DNA from: Desulfotalea psychrophila LSv54
GTDB taxonomy: Bacteria > Desulfobacterota > Desulfobulbia > Desulfobulbales > Desulfocapsaceae
Assembly: GCF_000025945.1 (NCBI RefSeq)
Contig: NC_006138.1
Location: 450,001 to 482,000, forward strand
DNA: 32,000 nucleotides
Reading direction: 5' to 3'
This document shows positions 27,340-32,000 of the stretch, piece after piece. The translations under genes were made by a program, and so were the position numbers. The notes under the pieces were generated by a model. The model had not been told where the DNA came from, made no database searches, and saw only the letters and a program-made list of their open reading frames with translations. Position 1 is the stretch's first letter, and each line of letters opens with the position of its first letter.

Positions 27340-28731
27340 ATGAAGCCTCTTCGCATAGAAAAAATCGGTGGCACCACAATGTCACGATTTGGGGAAGTCC
27401 TCGACAACGTCATTTTTTATGATTCTGAAGATATTTTCAACAGAATCTATGTTGTCTCTGCCTATTCAGGCGTCACAAATGCCCTCCTTGAACACAAAAA
27501 AACTCACCAGCCCGGGATCTACCAGACCTTTGTCCAGAATGAAGCCTGCGACATGGCCATGGAACGCCTCAAGACAACTCTTTGCGAAATCAACAGAGGC
27601 TTTGCCGATATCGGCCTTGACCTCGAAGTTGCGAACAATTTCATCTGCAAACGTATCCAGGATGCCGTTGAAGTACTGCACAGCATGGCCAATGTCCTCT
27701 CCTCCGGCTATGTAAACCGTAGCGAGATGCTCCTGGCTGCCCGCGAACTCCTCGCCTCCATCGGCGAAATGCACAGCGCCTTCAACTCGGCGAACATACT
27801 GCAGAACCGGGGTTATAAGGCCTCATACGTTGATCTCAGCGGTTGGCAGGATAGTCGAGACATGACCATCGACCAACGGATTCTGGAAACATTTACCAAA
27901 TTTGATCCCTCCGACACCATCTGTATCGCCACCGGCTACGCCAAGGGCCGTGAAGGCATTATGCGAGAATTTGACCGAGGCTATTCCGAGGTCACCTTCT
28001 CAAAAATTGCCGTCCTGCTCAAGGCATCTGAGGCAATTATCCACAAAGAGTACCATCTCTGCTCCGGAGACCCTCTGATCATCGGTGAAGACAAGGTGCA
28101 CCCCATCTGCAACACCAACTATGACGTTGCCGATCAACTCGCCGATGTGGGCATGGAGGCAATTCATCCAAAGGCCTCAAAACAAATTGAAATCGCAGGC
28201 ATTTCAATTAGGATCAAGAACTCCTTTGACCCAAGCCATAGCGGCACCCTGTTCACCAAAGAGTATATCTGCCCACAATCTAAGACCGAAGTTATTACCG
28301 GTTCAGACAAGGTTACCTGCCTCGAAGTCCATGACACCCGTATGGTTGGCGAGGTCGGTTTTGATATGAAAATCATGGAAGTTCTCTCCGCCCATCAGGT
28401 ATCCTATATAAACAAGGCGACCAATGCCAACACCATTGGGGTCATCGTCTACGATAACGACTGCACAGAGGAGCTGTTACGGGATCTGCGGGCTGAATTT
28501 GAATTAGTCACCGACATGCACACGGCCATTGTCTGTGCCATCGGCTCTAATATTGCCAAACCCGGAATCCTGGCTAAAGCAACCAACGCCTTGGCCACCT
28601 CGCACATTAATATACTGGCCGTCTCCCAAACTTCACGCCAGACAAATATGCAGTTCATTATCAATCGTGAACACTTCAAAGAGGCCCAGCGCGTACTACA
28701 TGCGGCCCTCTGCGAAGAGGGCGAATCCTAA
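27340..28731 (+). CDS. Aspartate kinase of the ectoine-associated (Ask_Ect-like) type
   Basis: RIEKIGGTTMSRFGEVLDNVIF...NRIYVVSAYSGVTNALLEHKKTHQPGIYQTF matches my recollection of Ask_Ect proteins; tandem ACT-like C-terminus. Start at MKPLRI. Confidence 0.85.
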   Translation: MKPLRIEKIGGTTMSRFGEVLDNVIFYDSEDIFNRIYVVSAYSGVTNALLEHKKTHQPGIYQTFVQNEACDMAMERLKTTLCEINRGFADIGLDLEVANNFICKRIQDAVEVLHSMANVLSSGYVNRSEMLLAARELLASIGEMHSAFNSANILQNRGYKASYVDLSGWQDSRDMTIDQRILETFTKFDPSDTICIATGYAKGREGIMREFDRGYSEVTFSKIAVLLKASEAIIHKEYHLCSGDPLIIGEDKVHPICNTNYDVADQLADVGMEAIHPKASKQIEIAGISIRIKNSFDPSHSGTLFTKEYICPQSKTEVITGSDKVTCLEVHDTRMVGEVGFDMKIMEVLSAHQVSYINKATNANTIGVIVYDNDCTEELLRDLRAEFELVTDMHTAIVCAIGSNIAKPGILAKATNALATSHINILAVSQTSRQTNMQFIINREHFKEAQRVLHAALCEEGES

Positions 28732-28749
28732 AAACCAAGGAGGTACACA

Positions 28750-29457
28750 ATGCAATATTCCATCACCCCGCTACTCACCGGTGTCCGTAATCCTGATCAG
28801 GGAATCATGACCTACCAACAGGGCTACGGGACACGAATCTGGCTACCGGTATGGTCTTTTCTCCTCCAGAACGAGGAGCATAATATACTGGTAGATACAG
28901 GCCTTGATGAGAATGAGCTCTTTGTACCGCCACAGTTCACCGCCGACACTGGCCTCGAAGCACACTCACTTATCGACTGTCTGGCCCTGGAAGGCCTGAC
29001 AGCAGCGGACATTGATACCATTATCAATACCCACCTGCACGATGACCACTGTGGCAACAACAGCCTCTTTCCCCATGCGCAGTTCTATGCCCACAAAACG
29101 GAAATAGCCTTCTGCCACAATCCCCACCCACTTGATCACCGCTACGACGACTACTTCATCGAAGATATCACCTTTAACGAGGTTACAGAGGACAGGGAGA
29201 TTGTACCCGGAGTGCGAGTAATCCACTCCCCCGGACATACCCTCGGTTGCCTCTCCGTTGAAGTGGACAGCCTGGCGGGTCCTGCCATCATCACCGGATT
29301 TTGCTGTAATAACAAAAATTTTCCGATAAATGGCCCTGCTGTCTGTCCCGGTGTCCACCTTGATGCCCGAGCGGCATGGGACTCTATTCAAAAAATAAAG
29401 GCCAGAAAGACACACATTCTGCCCATGCACGAAATCAGCCTGGAGAGAATCTCCTGA
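28750..29457 (+). CDS. Metallo-beta-lactamase-fold hydrolase, AHL lactonase-like family
   Basis: LLQNEEHNILVDTGLDENELF, metal-binding NTHLHDDHCGNN, VIHSPGHTLGCLSV. Confidence 0.85.
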   Translation: MQYSITPLLTGVRNPDQGIMTYQQGYGTRIWLPVWSFLLQNEEHNILVDTGLDENELFVPPQFTADTGLEAHSLIDCLALEGLTAADIDTIINTHLHDDHCGNNSLFPHAQFYAHKTEIAFCHNPHPLDHRYDDYFIEDITFNEVTEDREIVPGVRVIHSPGHTLGCLSVEVDSLAGPAIITGFCCNNKNFPINGPAVCPGVHLDARAAWDSIQKIKARKTHILPMHEISLERIS

Positions 29458-29458
29458 T

Positions 29459-30451
29459 ATGAACAGGCCCTACCTGCCGCCTCTGTGGCTACGCAATGGC
29501 CACATACAATCCATCTATGCCTCGCTGAGCAGGCCTCGTTATCGCTTAAATTACCAACGAGAACGAATTGACACACCTGACAATGACTTTCTTGACCTCG
29601 ACTGGTCTTTATGCGGAGAGAACAGAAGCAGAGATCTGATCATCCTCTCCCACGGCCTTGAGGGCCACACCAGACGCAACTATATAACAGGCATGGCGGG
29701 TTGCTTGAACAAGGCGGGAATAGACTCCCTCTCCTGGAACTACCGAGGCTGTAGTGGCGAGCCCAACAGACAACTGCGGATGTACCACAATGGCGTAATT
29801 GATGACCTCGACCTCGTTGTTCGTCATGGCATAGGGGCGGGATATAAAAACATCTTCCTTATTGGCTTTAGCCTCGGTGGCAATCTTACCCTCCTCTATC
29901 TGGGCAAGACGGGAAAGGGGTTAGCAAAAGAGATACGAGGGGCAGTGGCCTTCTCTGTCCCCTGCGATCTGGCCGGGGCAGCAGAAGAGATCAGTAAACC
30001 CAAAAACGCCATTTACATGAGGCGTTTCCTCAAAGACCTACACACAAAAGTTAAGGCCAAGCAAGACCTCTTCCCCACGAAGATCAACGACCACGGTTAT
30101 GGCAGAATAAAAAACTTCAAAGAATTTGATGACTGCTACACGGCCCCCATTCACGGTTTTAAAAATGCAGAGGATTATTGGCAGAAATGTAGCTGCCTGC
30201 CATGGCTAGACAAGATAAAGCTCCCCTGTATGATGGTCAACAGTCTCGACGACCCCTTCCTCAGCAAGAGCTGTTACCCTGTAGAGATAGCCCGTCAGAC
30301 AAAACAGCTCCACCTTATCAGGCCACGATACGGTGGCCATGTGGGTTTTGTCGCCCTGAACAGGGAAAAGGAGTACTGGTCTGAGGCAATCACCAAGAGT
30401 TTCATCCGCTCAACCCTCGATCAGCATCATCTGCCAGATCAGCCTGAATAA
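29459..30451 (+). CDS. YheT-like alpha/beta hydrolase
   Basis: LWLRNGHIQSIYASL, LIILSHGLEGHTRRNYITGMAGCLNKAGIDSLSWNYRGCSGEPN, LIGFSLGGNLTLLYLG, GGHVGFV. Confidence 0.88.
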   Translation: MNRPYLPPLWLRNGHIQSIYASLSRPRYRLNYQRERIDTPDNDFLDLDWSLCGENRSRDLIILSHGLEGHTRRNYITGMAGCLNKAGIDSLSWNYRGCSGEPNRQLRMYHNGVIDDLDLVVRHGIGAGYKNIFLIGFSLGGNLTLLYLGKTGKGLAKEIRGAVAFSVPCDLAGAAEEISKPKNAIYMRRFLKDLHTKVKAKQDLFPTKINDHGYGRIKNFKEFDDCYTAPIHGFKNAEDYWQKCSCLPWLDKIKLPCMMVNSLDDPFLSKSCYPVEIARQTKQLHLIRPRYGGHVGFVALNREKEYWSEAITKSFIRSTLDQHHLPDQPE

Positions 30452-31628
30452 GCCCCCCGGGACGCAGAAGGGACAAGGCTGTCTGGGCAAGATAGGCCGC
30501 TCCTATGGGCAGGGCGTCCTCATCAAGGATCATATGGGGGCTATGGAGCGGAGCCGTCCCACTCTCCGGCGGCATTGTTCCCAACAGGGCCAAACAGGAG
30601 GGTACCTCTCCTGCGATAAAGGAGAAATCTTCTGCGCCCATACAGGGTTCTACCTCCAGCAGGGCCTCTTCACCAAGGATCTCCACCACAGCATCTCGGG
30701 CAAGCTGGACCACCATCTCACTGTTTTCGGTAAGCGGAATAGAGTCTAACAGACTAAAGGAGATAGAGGTCTGATACAGACCGGCCAAGGCATCGCATCT
30801 CTGCTCAACAAGAGCACGTACTCTACCCTGCAGGGCTGAATTAAGGGCACGAATTGTCCCCGTCAGCCGGACATTATCGGCAATGATATTGGCGGCCTTT
30901 CCCCCTTCAATGGTACAGATGCTGAGCACTGCCACCTCAAAGGGGCTAACCTGCCTTGAAACAACTGTCTGTAGGCCCAGGACCAGCTCCGAGGCAATAA
31001 GAATGGCATCGATACCTTCCTGGGGAGAGGCTCCCGCATGGGCAGCCCGGCCCCGGACGACGATTTCAAAAATATCTGATGCGGCCATCACTGCCCCGGA
31101 GTTGAGAGCAATGGTTCCACTGGTCAGAGTAGGGACCTGATGCAGGGCAAGAGCGGCATCAACACCGGCAAGAACCCCTTCCCCTATCATCCTCCTAGCC
31201 CCGGAAAAGCCATCCGGATCATCATAACAGCCCTCTTCTGCAGGCTGAAAGAGCAGGCGCACCCGCCCCGAAAATGATTCATTTCGAAGCAGGGAGGCAG
31301 CGCCAAGGACCATGGCCACATGGGCATCATGACCACAGGCATGCATACACCCCTCAATTTGAGAGGAAAATGACAGACCCGTCTCCTCTGCAATGGGCAG
31401 GGCATCCATATCGGCTCGAAGCAAAACCCTTGCTCCCCCGCCAGGACCAAATTCTGCCACAATCCCCGTACCACCAAGACCGGAACGAAATTCTATACCC
31501 AAATCCCTAAGCATTCCACCGATCAACTCTGCTGTTTTATGCTCCTGATAACCAAGCTCTGGATAACGGTGAATCTGCCTACGTACCCCTATAATAAAGT
31601 CCCTTATAGCCTCTGCCTTTTGTCGCAT
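30402..31628 (-). CDS. M20-family amidohydrolase
   Basis: RQIHRYPELGYQEHKTAELI, LLRADMDALPIAEETG, GCMHACGHDAHVAMVLGAA, VEPCMGAEDFSFIAGEVPSCLALLG. Confidence 0.93.
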   Translation of the reverse strand: MRQKAEAIRDFIIGVRRQIHRYPELGYQEHKTAELIGGMLRDLGIEFRSGLGGTGIVAEFGPGGGARVLLRADMDALPIAEETGLSFSSQIEGCMHACGHDAHVAMVLGAASLLRNESFSGRVRLLFQPAEEGCYDDPDGFSGARRMIGEGVLAGVDAALALHQVPTLTSGTIALNSGAVMAASDIFEIVVRGRAAHAGASPQEGIDAILIASELVLGLQTVVSRQVSPFEVAVLSICTIEGGKAANIIADNVRLTGTIRALNSALQGRVRALVEQRCDALAGLYQTSISFSLLDSIPLTENSEMVVQLARDAVVEILGEEALLEVEPCMGAEDFSFIAGEVPSCLALLGTMPPESGTAPLHSPHMILDEDALPIGAAYLAQTALSLLRPGGLIQADLADDADRGLSG

Positions 31629-31723
31629 CGCTCCCCCCTCTTACCTTTTAAGTGTAGGCCTTATACTAGCAAAAGAGAGAGAACAGAGCAAAAAATAGTC
31701 AACTTTTTGAGAGGAGAGGGCAA

Positions 31724-32000
31724 TCAGCCAACAATTTCGACATGGTTTATCTGCACATAGAGCTCACTGCCAAATTGCAATCCGACAGAGACCTTCTCGG
31801 CCACCTCGGAGTACAGAGATAGGTCTCCCACCTGCAGACAGATCAGACAGAGACCAGGCAAAGATGGACGCAACTCGACCACCCGGGCAGGAAAGGCATT
31901 AAGGACACTCCCCTCACCAGGCTTCTGAAAACAGAGAAGAACATCACGGGCCAACACCTGCAAACGCAGCTCTCGCCCCTCAGCCAGACCTTGGTGGGGC
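31724..32000 (-). CDS. C-terminal TOBE portion of a ModC-like molybdate ABC transporter ATP-binding protein (truncated by window)
   Basis: Frame is open to the window edge: PHQGLAEGRELRLQVLARDVLLCFQKPGEGSVLNAFPARVVEL... resembles the ModC C-terminal TOBE region. ATPase domain lies outside the window. Confidence 0.65.
   Translation of the reverse strand, partial: PHQGLAEGRELRLQVLARDVLLCFQKPGEGSVLNAFPARVVELRPSLPGLCLICLQVGDLSLYSEVAEKVSVGLQFGSELYVQINHVEIVG

Overview
The 32 kb window has two parts. (1) About 1-5.4 kb is the int-proximal end of a P4/satellite-like integrative element. It holds a tyrosine integrase abutting tRNA-Leu(CAA), a 330-aa unknown ORF, an AlpA-like regulator, a ~165-aa unknown ORF, and a large Toprim/P-loop primase-helicase that runs off the left edge. 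Several inverted repeats lie in its intergenic gaps. (2) About 5.5-32 kb looks like an ordinary bacterial chromosomal backbone, probably Desulfobacterota/Desulfotalea-like (inference only). On the minus strand it carries pgsA, lytic transglycosylase, transaldolase, YHS-like, folK, dapB, dapA, dapF, lipoprotein, argH, argG, argF, argD and argB. On the plus strand it carries lptA, lptB, rpoN and a TatT-DctP-DctQ-DctM TRAP transporter. These are followed by a PACE-family transporter, a DUF4136-like lipoprotein, hpt, an ectoine-type aspartokinase, an MBL hydrolase, a YheT-like hydrolase, an M20 amidohydrolase and the C-terminus of a ModC-like protein. No CRISPR array, retron, toxin-antitoxin pair or clearly new system could be demonstrated. 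The best candidates for follow-up are the uncharacterised genes and repeat/operator structures of the integrative element, the TatT-TRAP operon next to rpoN, and an apparently orphan ectoine-type aspartokinase.
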